The notes under the pieces were generated by a model. That model did no database searches. It saw nothing but the letters and a program-made list of their open reading frames with translations, and had not been told where the DNA came from. A stretch of 60,820 bases of DNA, from contig MQRK01224224.1 in NCBI GenBank assembly GCA_001938485.1, forward strand, positions 1 through 60,820, in the 5' to 3' direction. The translations under genes were made by a program, and so were the position numbers. Positions within the stretch are counted from its first letter, which is position 1. The number at the start of each line of letters is the position of its first letter. This stretch comes from Girardia tigrina. Taxonomy: Eukaryota. Positions 37,420 through 51,043 of this stretch are shown here, piece by piece.

Positions 37420-38870
37420 CCGTGTTTCCCCAAAAGTAAGACAGTGTCTTACTTTCTTTTTATTCCTAAAAGCCCCACTATGTCTTACTTTCGGGGTATG
37501 TCTTATATTGGGAAAAAATTGTCGAATTTTAAAATATATATATTCATTGAAAATATAAAAAGATAAATATAAACAAAGTAAAATTAAAGCGATACTTGTT
37601 TGAAAAAATTATTAATAGAAAATTAAAATACTGAAAAAAACAAACGTTTAGAATGTTTTAAAGAGCATAATATTTGATTTAATAATCTATAATGATATTA
37701 ATAAAACCTATAACATTCTATATCAGCAAAAAGAGCAAAAAATTGAATTTATCAAATGCAGTGGAATTTAAATCTAATCATTTTTAATGTAAGAATGGCT
37801 TGGGAAAACTAGTAATTTTACTTTTTATATATAAATNNNNNNNNNNNNNNNNNNNNNNNNNNNNNNNNNNNNNNNNNNNNNNNNNNNNNNNNNNNTTTTT
37901 CTGTAATATATTGTAAATAAATGTATTTTAACATACCATTCAAACATTTCATTTATATTATTTATTTTTGTTCTGTAAATTGTTACTTTTTTGCGTTCGA
38001 TTTTTAAATTGGATGTTGTTGTTGTATCTTGCAAAGTAATGCTTTATATATTACTTCTTTTTTTTCAATTTTTTTTATAAAACAATGATTTGCCTTACTT
38101 TTTTAGAGTAATGTGTTTTTTAATTGAATGTTTTTTCATTATTTATTTTAATTAAGTATTTTTCATTATCTTTTTAATCATATAATATTTTTCCATTTTA
38201 TTTTTAATTTAAATCTTTTTTTATATTTTTTCATTGATTTTTCTCATACATTATTTGCACATTTTGTTTTTTTCAACACGTTGTTTCTTTATTGATTTTT
38301 CATTCTTATCATTCCCGCCAAATCTCCCTCCTAAAATTCCCTCCAATCTTCCCGCCAAAAATGCGGGGGCGATGTTTGGGGGGGTTACCGTTGTCCATGG
38401 TCCTGATGGACCACGGAAAACATTATTGCTGCTCCAGCAGAGAACTGTAAGCCCACACAGCCCGGTATGTTGGGACTTGTAGTCCTCCTCAGCTGCATCT
38501 TGCGGTTACAATAAGAGCTGCAGAGAATCTCTTCACACCCCCCTCCCCCTCCTGGTCTCTCTCTGTATGACCAACATTGACCTTTTTCCGGGAGAACACA
38601 GAGCCAGTGACACCTGTCGGCAGACTGATCAAAACGGCGCTGTCTCTTCAGTCGGAGGGGGAGGGCACTGGCCTGGCACCCCCCCCAGGGTGCGGTCCGC
38701 ACACCCAGCCCCACTCTTTGTACCGCACGTCACTGGAGGCAAATCCCACCGTGTTTCCCCGAAAGTAAGACATATGTCTTACTTTCGGGGTACGGCTTAT
38801 ATTAGCTGACCCTTCTGAAACTCCCGATACGTCTTACAATCGGGGGTGTCTTACTGTCGGGGAAACACGG
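37420..38870. mobile_element. Non-autonomous Tc2/pogo-like DNA element with GC-rich internal segment
   Basis: TA|CCGTGTTTCCCC...GGGGAAACACGG|TA termini, GTCTTAC subterminal repeats, third TIR copy at 38749. Related terminal fragment at ~59830-59872. Confidence 0.85.
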
Positions 38871-39890
38871 TAGCAAACAATGTTGATTTTCGTCAAAAAT
38901 TTATCTTTGGATATTGAAATTATAATGGTTAGTAATTTCAAAATGTCTTGGACCCCAAATGATAGAAAATAGCAAAGCATTGGTACCAAGTTCATATATC
39001 AAGCAATAAATAGTAGCTAAGAATAGAAACTAATCACTTCATTTATATACCATCAACCGCTATTAACTTTCCAGCGTAGGGTTTTGCTCAAAAAACCGAT
39101 CTTTTTAGCATACCAGTCATCATAAAAATGTTTCCACTCATGTTATTTCCAGGTTCCTAAATAAATAAAAGGATGGATGTAGTAAATCAGGTTTGCAAAG
39201 CGGAGGATCAAGAGATGTGAAACCACAGTCTTGCTAGCTAAAATGCTAACATTAAAGTTATGCTCGAAAGCATTGTCAAAATGCAAACACCATCAAATAA
39301 TTGCCATGCGGTAGTCCGGATTTCAACGTCAACAGAAGTTTTTCATCACATTGTCACTAAATTGAATAACGCTTGTTCCCTGTTAATTAGATTATCAGAG
39401 GAAATGTGTCCTGAGTAATATTTTCGAAATGACTTATTTTCGAAACCATAAGTTACAAAGTTGCAAGTATGCACATTGCACGTCGTTATCTGATATACTG
39501 GTTGATATAAGAAGTTTTAACAAATCGAGTGTAAAACTTCCGATAATACAAGTTGGAAGTGATGTTGTGGTTTGAACCAATATAAATACGAAACCTTTCA
39601 GCCACTATGGATATTTAATCATGTTGTCCTGTCGATTTAATGGCTCACATTTTAAAGTGTCTTCGTCAGAAATCATCATGATTGACAAACTTTCTTGATT
39701 TCTGATATCCATTTGTATGCATTGTTAATCACGAAGGAGACAATTGTGTTTTTTATCGTATACTCCATATCATGAAATATTTCCTTATTGTTCTTATTCA
39801 GCATAAATAAATGATACTGCAGCGTAACTTTTCTGGGAGAATTCAATCGAAAAATGAAAATAAATAAACATATCCAAATTATTTGAAATA

Positions 39891-41223
39891 CAGGGGTGGC
39901 CATAAGTCGCTTTACCCAGTTTTAATAATAATAAACACAAAATTCTAAATGATTTTTAAACAAAAACCAGATAAAATTTGTTTTAATAATTATTTATTTA
40001 AAAATTTTTAAAATTATTTCATTTTGTTCATTGTTGTTGGCAATATTGGCATGGTACGACAATTAACACTTCAGCAACGAATTATTATAGTAAAGCAGTG
40101 GATAAAGCATGATAGAAATTCAAGAGCTGTAGCTGCAGCATTTGCAAAAGAGTATCCGAATGACGTTCCTCCATCACGACAATCAATGCATGTTTTGGCT
40201 AAAAAGTTTCACGAGACCGGCTCTGTAACCGACAAGAAAAGAAGTGGGCGCCCTAACAATATGAATACCGATGAAAATAAAGAAAATATTAGAACTTTCT
40301 ATCAGTATGCGCCATCAACATCTGCATTTCGTGCAAGTTGGCAGTTGCATATACCACGCGCAAGTTTACGTAGAATAATGAAGGACATTGAGTTGAAAGT
40401 TTGGCGACCTCGTTGGCTTCATCAAATGAATGATGACGATTATGACAGACGCATAGAATTTTGCGAATGGTTACAGCAACAACTCCATGAGAACATTGAC
40501 ATCAGGGACAGAATAATTTGAACCGACGAACCTTCATTTAAGTTGAATGGTCACGTTAATTTGCATAATGCCGTGTACTACTCCACTGAGAATCCTCATC
40601 TGGTATGGGAGACCAACAATCTTTCTCCAGGAATTTGTGTGTGAGGAGGAATACGTTCAACTGGTGTGCTGGGTACATACTTCTTTGATGGAACGGTCAA
40701 TTCTCAGCTATATCTCGACATGCTGCGTGATTTTGCCGTACCTCAGCTTGACACAGATAACGACGTTTGGATGCAAGACGGTGGTCCCCCTCATTATGGT
40801 AGAAATGTACGCGACTTTTTGGATAACACTTTTGAGATGTGGATCGGCAGGAGAGGAACCACTGAATGGCCTCCACGATCACCGGGTCTGACACCTTGTG
40901 ATTATACAATGTGGGGTATCCTGAAGGAACGTGTTTACTCACAAAATGTTCTAACCATATCCTAGTTGAAGGAAAGAATTACTACAGAATTTGCAGCCTT
41001 GAACAACGATAAAGACTTGTGCCGACGAATCTGTCACTCTGTTCAGAGAAGAATCCAGTTGTGTATTAAATCTGAAGGACAACACTTTGAAGATAAGATT
41101 TAATTGTTTTCAAGTTTTTGTTTTGAAATTATTATTGTACGCTGATTAAATAAAAGTTGTATAATTTAGAAATTTGTGTTTATTATTATTAAAACTGGGT
41201 AAAGCGACTTATGGCCACCCCTG
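39891..41223 (+). mobile_element. Full-length Tc1/mariner element of the rosa/DD41D group (DD40D here), three premature stops
   Basis: ~50-bp perfect TIRs CAGGGGTGGCCATAAGTCGCTTTACCCAG..., TA flanks. Single frame 40051-41103 with RSGRP, TDE.SFKLNG.VN.HN, QDG.PPH and WPPRSP.LTPCDY. Confidence 0.95.
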
Positions 41224-43433
41224 TATAATTAATAATATGGAAAATAATATAAAACAAACATCAATACCACAAAGTCAAGGAACTAATATTCCTTCGTAAA
41301 ATCTAGTCTAAGACTTTTTAAATGAACCACCTAAAATAGTTTTTGATTTTAATAAATAAAATTTATTAGCAAAATGAAGGCTACATGTTTAATTTTGATT
41401 AAAAAATTTAAATACAACTTGTTGTTCTTATTATATGTAAAGAAAAACGAATTTATTTAAGAAGACATTAATATTTAGAAAAAGTACGTAGTGGGTATAA
41501 GTTTTAAGACCATCGAATGTTTTCTGTCCAAAATTTATTGAGAGAGGGACTCGCATGAAGCATTATATATTCCCGACCTTTAGATCCTTAAGTTAACGTC
41601 CAAACTATACTCTACTGATGCATTAGGTTTTTAAAATAAACTAATAATGTCGCATTATTATACTTTTAACTACTGTATTATTTGAGCAACTTTTTTAATA
41701 TTCATTTTATCTTATAATGACGGTTAAATAATCGAAATTAATAATCAAAAAATATTCTAATTGACTTGATGTCTTTGTGTTTGTCAATGTTGTTGATTGC
41801 TTCAGTTTTTTATTTCTTCTTAAAACAGGCTTCCAATTCTTCCAAATTTATCTTAAAATCATTATTCATTGTCCTATGTTTCTATTTACCTTTATCTGTT
41901 TTTCTTTTGTGATACTCAGTTTATCACCCCATCACTTTACGGTTTATCTATTTTTTTATTTTTTTCACTTCCAGTAAAATTTTTACACTAAGAAAGCTTG
42001 TATGAAAATTAAAGATCATAAATTATACAAATCATATTTCGTGTAAATTTTTTATTCCCATCATGGAACAGGTAACTTTACAAATTATAATTGATCGTGT
42101 ATAATTATCCAAGTGGGAAACAAATATATATTTTGACATTTTAAAAGTTTGATGGAAACAGTTTTCATTCCATTATGAATTAAAAAAGTAAGAGATCAGT
42201 ATACATTATTGTTTGTTTTTTTGCTTTCTTGTTTTAGAATTCAATTTTCGATATGGGATTAGTCCTGTCAAATTTAAATAAAAATAACCTTGATGTAACA
42301 TTATGATATAGATACAAAATAAAAAATCATACAGGTTGTAAATAAAGTTGCACAATTTTTATGTACCTTATTCTTTATGCTCTTAAAACTATTTTTTGAC
42401 TTTAAGATCATTTTGCATGATGTGAGTGTCTTAGATATTGTTTGTGTTGTGTTAAAATTAATTCGTGCTTTTTTATTCATTAATTTTATATTAATTGAAT
42501 TTTCTTTTTGTCAAAAAATGGAAAGGCCAGATCAGGTATTCGTGTTAGTTAAGTTGTTGATCGTCACTTTGACGTCAGTTAGCTAGAAGGTGATTTATCA
42601 TGTTCCGGTCAACATATAATTGCAAGAAACAAATATTGGTGTGGTACTGAAGATATTGAAATTGTACAAGGGGTAGCTACTTAAGTTTCGTACTAAAGAA
42701 GCTTTCTTCGGACTGTGGCGTCATACATCAACAATATACAGAATAGTGTCTGTTTAAAGAAAATGTATTCCTTAAACAGTTTCTTAATTGCTAAAATGAC
42801 AAAAGTTTTTCCCCACTTTATTATTTAAAACTGAAACAGGATCGAATAATTCAATGGTTTGTATATGAATTTGTACGACATTGTATCCTTCTCAGAGTGT
42901 AAGAATAAATCAAGAGATTTATCTTAACATTTGCAAAATAATCTCGTTCTTTCATTTATATTCTGCCCAGTCACTGAAAATTCTGGCTGTAAAAAAAGTG
43001 CTGTTCTCCAATTTTATCCTTTTCCTATCAGTTGCAGAATCGCCTTTAGATTACAACAAGCTGGAACACAATTACTAATGACATATTTCATGCAATTGTA
43101 AAAAATATATCAAGACATTACAACGGTGTAGTTTAGCTCATACATTTTTTATGATTTTAATAGTAATTTTGTTGATATTTATGATTAAATGAAAGATATT
43201 TTAAAACGCTGCAGGACTTTATTTAAGTATTTATAATAATTAAAACTTAAATTTCAGTTTAATTTTTAGAATTACTTTTAGAAATTAATTGTATTTTAAT
43301 TTAAAAGAATTCCCAAGTTGATGAGGTAATATTGCATAGAATATTTCCTGTCAATCTCTAGCAGTTTGATTGATTCGTTTTTTAGCATTTTATGTATAGT
43401 GTATTTTAATAAAGCTATTTACACATACATTTA

Positions 43434-43478
<45 letters not shown>

Positions 43479-43989
43479 TATAGACACCCAGCATATTTTA
43501 TTACAGTTACGCTTAAAAGAATCCGGACAATTTTTTTCTAAAAAGGGATAAATTCGTATCAGATTCATCGGATCATCTAATTCAGATGTATACCACCGCA
43601 TTTTGAAAATTTTCATTTCATGAGGACCAATTGAATTCCGAGACTCTGGGCTAAGTCTTTGTAAAAAAGCACTTGATACCATATTCTAAAGGATTTACAT
43701 AATTTATGAAGATTATTTATAGAATTATAGATTATACCAAAATGGTTTCAATGGCATTAAAAGTTATCTCACAAATGCATAGAAAATGATTGGTAAATGG
43801 CTGGTTAATGTAGAAAATAAAATTAATATTACGGATTGTATGAAAACTCGTACATTAGAGAAACAAATCACCCTCTCAAAACTTGGATTAGTGAATGTTA
43901 TAAGAATATTCATTTTAAAGCGGAAAACTTCACTTTATTTATTTATAAAATAATTTTGTTTCTACTCATTATTACGTTCAGACTATTTC

Positions 43990-44860
43990 TTCAGGGTTTT
44001 CTTGTACGAATTAAAAGTGTGACACACAAAGTTATAAAAATGGCTCGTAATATCAACCATGCCTTTAGTCAAAGAACCACTACTAAACGCACAGTTCTAA
44101 GCTTGTTTCAGAAATATAGTAATGGAAATAAGAATTAAAAGCATTAATCGATTCTTCACACTTCGAGTGTTTGCTGCTTAAGTGGATCTATACTTTAAAA
44201 CTTTTTCTAATCACGTTCAAGAAATTGGGAAATCAAATAGCTTGACAAATATTTTCCACATAAATTAAACGAAATAAAATTACTGATTTTAAGTATCATC
44301 TTGGCTGATTTTACCGAGCACAAATAACTCTTTTCTTTAACGCATAGTGATATGTGATGTAATGAGGATTTTGTGCGACAAGAGACAAGATAAAATATCA
44401 AAATAGTTCCCAAAACGAAAATTGCATCATACAATAATGATGAAAACTGTTTAGAACTTCCTAAATCTTGACCATAATAACCGAGAAGTACTGTCGACAA
44501 ATGGAAAAAATTATTATAAGTAGACGGATATATATCCAGGTTATTATGCATAAAATGCCCTTTTGTCCTGTAGGATGAGTTCCGATCTCATATCTCAAGA
44601 ATTACCCTTCAAAATTTGAACGAATTAGGGTCATAAATTCTATCTCAACCCAACGAACTCCCTCAACCTCCCAATCTCGTTTTTCCTTGAAAATATCTTC
44701 AAAAATCAAGAATCCGGTCAAAAATCGATTCATCCCCTTTATATCTACAGATTTCTACATCATTAGAATAAATAAACTTGTATCTTATTGACAAAAATGT
44801 ATATGTTCTAAGGGGTTTTATTTTGATTAATAAAGTGTACTGCAAACTGAGACGGACTAG
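43990..44860 (+). mobile_element. Highly degraded mariner remnant
   Basis: ARNINHAFSQRTTTKRTVLSLFQKY resembles the mariner HTH (RNINNAFG.GTANERTVQ.WFKKF). Confidence 0.5.
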
Positions 44861-44918
44861 TTAAAAATAGGCCTTTAAAACGGCATTATTTTTTACGCAA
44901 TTTGTTACTTGTATTATA

Positions 44919-46112
44919 TTAGGGTGAGTCATAAGTTGTGGGGCACTTTTTATTAAAAATTAAAATGTTCATAAAACAACGCACAATAAAGATTATGATT
45001 CGAAATAAAGTCCATTATGTTCAATACATTNNNNNNNNNNNNNNNNNNNNNNNNNNNNNNNNNNNNNNNNNNNNNNNNNNNNNNNNNNNNNNNNNNNNNN
45101 NNNNNNNNNNNNNNNNNNNNNNNNNNNNNNNNNNNNNNNNNNNNNNNNNNNNNNNNNNNNNNNNNNNNNNNNNNNNNNNNNNNNNNNNNNNNNNNNNNNN
45201 NNNNNNNNNNNNNNNNNNNNNNNNNNNNNNNNNNNNNNNNNNNNNNNNNNNNNNNNNNNNNNNNNNNNNNNNNNNNNNNNNNNNNNNNNNNNNNNNNNNN
45301 NNNNNNNNNNNNNNNNNNNNNNNNNNNNNNNNNNNNNNNNNNNNNNNNNNNNNNNNNNNNNNNNNNNNNNNNNNNNNNNNNNNNNNNNNNNNNNNNNNNN
45401 NNNNNNNNNNNNNNNNNNNNNNNNNNNNNNNNNNNNNNNNNNNNNNNNNNNNNNNNNNNNNNNNNNNNNNNNNNNNNNNNNNNNNNNNNNNNNNNNNNNN
45501 NNNNNNNNNNNNNNNNNNNNNNNNNNNNNNNNNNNNNNNNNNNNNNNNNNNNNNNNNNNNNNNNNNNNNNNNNNNNNNNNNNNNNNNNNNNNNNNNNNNN
45601 NNNNNNNNNNNNNNNNNNNNNNNNNNNNNNNNNNNNNNNNNNNNNNNNNNNNNNNNNNNNNNNNNNNNNNNNNNNNNNNNNNNNNNNNNNNNNNNNNNNN
45701 NNNNNNNNNNNNNNNNNNNNNNNNNNNNNNNNNNNNNNNNNNNNNNNNNNNNNNNNNNNNNNNNNNNNNNNNNNNNNNNNNNNNNNNNNNNNNNNNNNNN
45801 NNNNNNNNNNNNNNNNNNNNNNNNNNNNNNNNNNNNNNNNNNNNNNNNNNNNNNNNNNNNNNNNNNNNNNNNNNNNNNNNNNNNNNNNNNNNNNNNNNNN
45901 NNNNNNNNNNNNNNNNNNNNNNNNNNNNNNNNNNNNNNNNNNNNNNAAATTAGAATGAACATAAAATCATGATTTTCTTACAAATACTGAAACTTCGGTT
46001 TATGAGCTTTATTACGATATACAAATTCAATTAATATCGATTCGACAATTCATGTTGTAATTAAAGATAATTACTTTGGAAAGAGTGCCCCACAACTTAT
46101 GACGCACCCTAA
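44919..46112. mobile_element. Tc1/mariner-type element, interior mostly an N gap
   Basis: TIRs TTAGGGTG(A/C)GTCATAAGTTGTGGGGCACT at both ends, TA flanks, ~1.2 kb span. Confidence 0.85.
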
Positions 46113-46893
46113 TATAAATATTATTACTCTATAAATCACAATAATTTATTAAAAATCAAGAGATTGTTTATATAAACTTATAAATATTGTTTGAATATTA
46201 ATTAAATTAAAATTTACTTTAAGATTTTATTCAACTCAACAGTTCACTTTTGGACCAAACATTGTTATTAATTCATAGCAATACACGTTGACACATTTCC
46301 CAATTTCTAAATGACAGCTTTGACGTGATATTAGACTGAATTGAATGGTTTTTATAGTGTTGTTGTCAGTGCTTCAAGGATTAGTGCTAATTCAAGAGGC
46401 TATCTGTATATTATCATATATAGTCTGACAATTATATATCCATATTACGGGAAAATAGACAGGCTTAAGTCGAGGAATCCGAGAGGGGAAACTTACTAAA
46501 TAAAATGAAGATTAATAAAAAAACTGTGATAGTAGAAGTAATTCTATTCAACATTCAATTAAATTTTAAACATCAAAGCCATTACCAGTACAAAAAAATC
46601 AAAGTATTATTCAAATTGGTTGTTTGTAATGCTATAAGTTCACCTTCTCGAGATGGACAATATAGTTACGTTATACAATGATGCAGCTCGCAAATGTACA
46701 TTGTGAGAAGTGGTTGCAACATGAATATCAGAATTCATTTTTAACACCAAAATTTATTTATTTGACAACTCCCGATTTTCAAACAAATTTCCGTTAATTA
46801 AAATTTACAACTTGTGTCATAAATTTTATTTTACTTTCAATTTGTAAAAAAAACATTTTAAACTTTAAAAATAATTTATTATATTCTATAAAT

Positions 46894-47107
46894 CAATGGT
46901 TTCCAGCATGTGGGGCGCCCCCCCCCCCAGGGGGGCGTGAGACTGTTGCAAGGGGGGCATGCAGCTGTTTCCAAAATATCATTATGGAATACAAACCAAA
47001 AAAAATCGAATAGGTGTCACAAAAAATGAATTAACAATTTTTTTTAAAGGGGGGGGCGTACCATTTTTTTAAAGCGGGGCGCCGGTACAAAAGGTTGGAA
47101 ACCACTG
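46894..47107. mobile_element. hAT (Charlie-type) MITE
   Basis: TIRs CAATGGTTTCCAGC / GTTGGAAACCACTG. TSD CTATAAAT / CTATAACT. G/C-run interior. Confidence 0.85.
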
Positions 47108-49009
47108 CTATAACTTATTTATGACCTTTTACTATATCAAATTTTTATTATTTTTTAAAATGCATTTTTAAAAATTATATGACAAATAAAATTAATTATT
47201 CCATTAAATAAAATCCAATAAATGTGTAAAAACTTGAAAATAATTTATTATATTTGATAACATATTTTTGAACTTTTCTTTTTAATTAAAACTTTATTTA
47301 TTATTTTTAGAATGCTTTTAAAAATTTTATTACTTATAAAATTAATTTATTTCATTTAAATAAGATGCAATCAATTTATAAAATTTTAAAAAATATTTAT
47401 TATTATGTATTTTTTAAGAAAAAATATTCTAAACACAATAAAACTAATTTTTTACATTTATATAACACGTAATTTTAAAATTAATTTGTAGAAAACTATT
47501 TAATTTCGTAAAAAACTTTTGTAGCAGCTTGATATATAAATTTACGCAATAAACTTTTATTAATTGTATTACTTCGTTTAAAATTTTTATTTTAAAACTG
47601 TCAACTGAAATATATCAACTTTAAATTTTTCTTGATTTTAAACTCTGTTTTTATTATTTATTTTGTGCAAAATTATAAAAAAAACATTTTGCAAAAAAAA
47701 TTAAAACATTAACTTATTCAGTGAATCGAAAATTTACACTAACCCTTCATATACATTATGACATAAATACTAACTATTGGTACATCGGTCGTACATAACT
47801 GTTTTGGGAAAAATATTAATAATTATGTTAATTATTTGTAAAGTTTTGCCGCACAATTATCTATCAGATTCCCAGTATCTCCTTCCTCAGATTTGTATTT
47901 CCTTTCTCGGCAAAATATATTCAAACCATTAGCGAACATTAATCATATATTGTCCACGAATGCGTTTCATTGTGAATAAAAATATAGGCATTATATCTAA
48001 CTGTCGTTGTGATGTAAAAACTCTTGGGAAACTATTGTTTATGTAAAGTTAATATAAGGGAGTATTATGTCAGTATAAGGACATCGTAAGGTAAACCAGG
48101 AAACATATTTCAGTATAATCGATGCTGATGGATCAATGGGAAATAAACCAGATCATGCTCGATCCAAACACATCACTCCAACACAAATTAATTTAAATGC
48201 TTGGATTCCTATTTGTTGATTCAGGTCAATTTTGCAAATATTTTGTTTGATTTTTACACAAATAAAATGCTCATGGCGTGATAATTATTTAATTATTTTT
48301 TCGAATATTATATTTTTGAAAAAAACTGAAGTAAAATATTGATTCTATTATTACCGTTTAATTCTGTTTTTGTTTCATTTTAATCGATTTTATTTTTAGT
48401 AATAATGTTATTTATATAGAAAGTGTTACATCTGAGACATTGAGAGATTAATCGAAATGAAAATTATATTTTTTGACGGCGGGGGCGACTGGGTTTGTTT
48501 TCGAAGATGCGCATTCTTCATATCCTACTTATCATCGTTTCAAGACAGAAACCTGATTAATTTTTTTCTTCGAAGAATCTAATTAGAACCAATAAATATG
48601 GCTAAAATTATTTAATAATAATAATAATACGAATCAAATCTGTATACAATAACGTCTGTTTAATAAATACTTGATTACAGTTTTTTGTCCCGGCGATAAC
48701 GAGTTTCCAATTTCTTTTTGTTGTGATAATCTATAGCTTGTCTAGATGTAGATATTGGACAGATATAATATTTCAACAGTTAAAAATTCAAACATTTTAT
48801 GACTTTGTGGATAATTATGTAAAAAATAAATAAAATAATATAAATATTTTTTATATCTTTTTAAATGAAATGAGGATGTAAAATAATGTTTTTCGCTATA
48901 TCATTTCTCTTTTAATTTGTGAACTTCAGTTATTTGTAATTTAAATTAAATGAAAACAATATCCATTTCTAAAAGTATTTCTGCATTTTACAAAAATATA
49001 ATTTAATTA

Positions 49010-50135
49010 CAGTAAAACCTCCCTATATTGAACATCATTTTTACAAGAAAAGTGTTCAACATATGGAGAAATATATATTTATCATTAATATAGTTTCTAT
49101 TTGTATTATAAAACTGCTTTTTGTGATTAGTTATACTTAATTATGAATAAATACACAAATATTACTACGTAACAGGATTATAATAAATTGTGACAAGTAA
49201 AATAAAAAATTCAAACAGTTATTAACGCTGTTGCAAAGCTTTATTTAATAAATTCCGTAATTTTCGATTGTTTTTTGCATTTTGACTTTTGATAAATATA
49301 TTCACTTAATTTTTTTTCAAACACAGATATTTCATTAACCATTGTTTCATCATACGTAACAACAAATTTCTTCAGATCCTTTAAATATGACATGGCTGTT
49401 TTATCATTAATTACAATATCATTATTTTCATTCTCATTCTCATCATTTTTTGATCTTCACACATTGATTCTAGTTGATTTTCATCAATAACAATATTTAT
49501 TAGATCTTCTTCTTTCAAAGTTTCCATACACTCATCATCATCATCAAATGTTACATAAGTTGCAGCTGAAACCTGCTCATCAACCAATGCAGCAGATTTT
49601 GCATCATTAATAAGTTCATCAAGCTCCATAATGTTATCATCAATTTTATCTTCTATATCAACTTGATTAAATAAAAAACCAGTGTGACTAAAACAATTTA
49701 CGATTGTGCTGGATATTACTTCCTCCCAACAGTGTTTTATCCAAATAAACACATCGTGAATCGTTATTTGTGAAATATAAGTCACATTTCCTAAATTTAT
49801 ATTTGAAATAATATTCTTTATAACCTCTTCCTATATTCAGTTTTGAAAAATACTATAATTTTTAATCAATAATTAAAATTAATTAAAAAAACCTTTTACA
49901 GTTTAATGCAATTAAAACTTTTTAAAATTAACATAAACAATCATAGCAAATTAACATATTTAAACAAACGCAGCTTTTTAATGTTCAATATATAGAATTA
50001 CAAATAGTATAAATAACCAAAGGAAATCACTTCACATTATGTTCAATGTTCAGATTACAGAGGTGTTCACATAGGGAGTACTAAAGAGTTGTTTTATATT
50101 AATGTACATTTAAATCCAAAAAAAGTGTTCACTAT
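49010..50135 (-). mobile_element. pogo/Tigger-like internally deleted element
   Basis: TA|CAGTAAAACCTCCCTATATTGAACA terminus and TGTTCA subterminal repeats. ORF with CWEEVISSTIVNCFSHTGF and an acidic tail typical of Tigger/CENP-B transposases. Right end poorly defined. Confidence 0.8.
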
Positions 50136-50303
50136 TTATTAATTTATTAATAACTATAATAACTCTTAATTAATTTAATTAATATAAAACTCATTTTTGA
50201 ATGCTGCTTAAATCAAATTGGTGTTTTAAATAAATCAATTAACATAAATCAATTTTGTAAATGAATGATCTGAACTATTATTTATATGATTTATTTTTTA
50301 TAG

Positions 50304-50513
50304 GGCACTTATGCAACAGTTTTTAAAGGTCGAAGTAGATTAACGGAATCTTTAGTAGCTCTTAAAGAAATACGACTGGAACATGAAGAAGGAGCTCCAT
50401 GTACGGCGATTAGAGAGGTTTCATTGTTGAGGAATTTACACCATGCCAATGTGGTGACCCTACACGATATCATTCACACCGTTAAATCATTAACTTTAGT
50501 ATTTGAATATCTG
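50304..50513 (+). CDS. CDK16/17/18: PCTAIRE kinase exon [70 protein letters not shown]
   Basis: Acceptor TATAG|GGC, donor CTG|GTGAGA, 210 nt. Contains the diagnostic PCTAIRE helix and the VALK lysine. Confidence 0.97.
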
Positions 50514-50678
50514 GTGAGAATTATTTACCATTTGAATGTTTTGTATATTATATTAATATTACACCTTATATAATATAAGGGTGATCATAATTAAGAAATG
50601 ACAATAAATAATAACTCTAAAATATACTGAAATAATAAATAATATAATAAGTATAATCATACCAAAAAAATTTTGGTG

Positions 50679-51043
50679 TACAAGCTTTTATAATTTGTCA
50701 TATGTTTGCGGTTCTGTGTCTATTTCACCCACTTCCCACATTTTTTTGACTGAATTATCAAAGCCTACTTGGCGAAAACCCGCTTTCTATTTGCATTTAG
50801 ATGTAGCAAATTTCAAAGCCTACTACTGAGGAAAACATGAGAACGATACTTTAATTACTTTTTACGGTCAAACTAAAGGCGGAAGATGAGCAGTGACAGT
50901 GAAAAAGTGTATTGTCACCTAGAATACATCAGTCCTGAAAGTTTCATGTCGCTAGGTGAACGGGAAGTGGGTGAATTTTCGATCGCAAGATTTGATGCAT
51001 CCAGACAGACAAACAAACAAATGAAACGTAATAAAAGCTTGTA
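50679..51043. mobile_element. Inverted-repeat non-autonomous element (unclassified MITE)
   Basis: TACAAGCTTTTAT / ATAAAAGCTTGTA ends, inner IR TTCACCCACTTCCC / GGGAAGTGGGTGAA, (CAGA/CAAA)n tract. Confidence 0.65.

Noticed and set aside
38234-38809. Overlapping short ORFs and a CAGTGAC/GTCACTG mini inverted repeat in the GC-rich island
   Set aside because: ORFs are expected by chance at high GC and show no recognisable domain. The inverted repeat lacks a matching TSD.
40519-40644. TGA at two Trp positions suggesting TGA=Trp recoding
   Set aside because: TGG is used in the same ORF, a TAG stop is also present, and the host exons follow the standard code. Ordinary transitions suffice.
44938-45972. 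Long 313-344 aa ORFs
   Set aside because: Artefacts of translating an N gap. The same applies to other X-containing ORFs.
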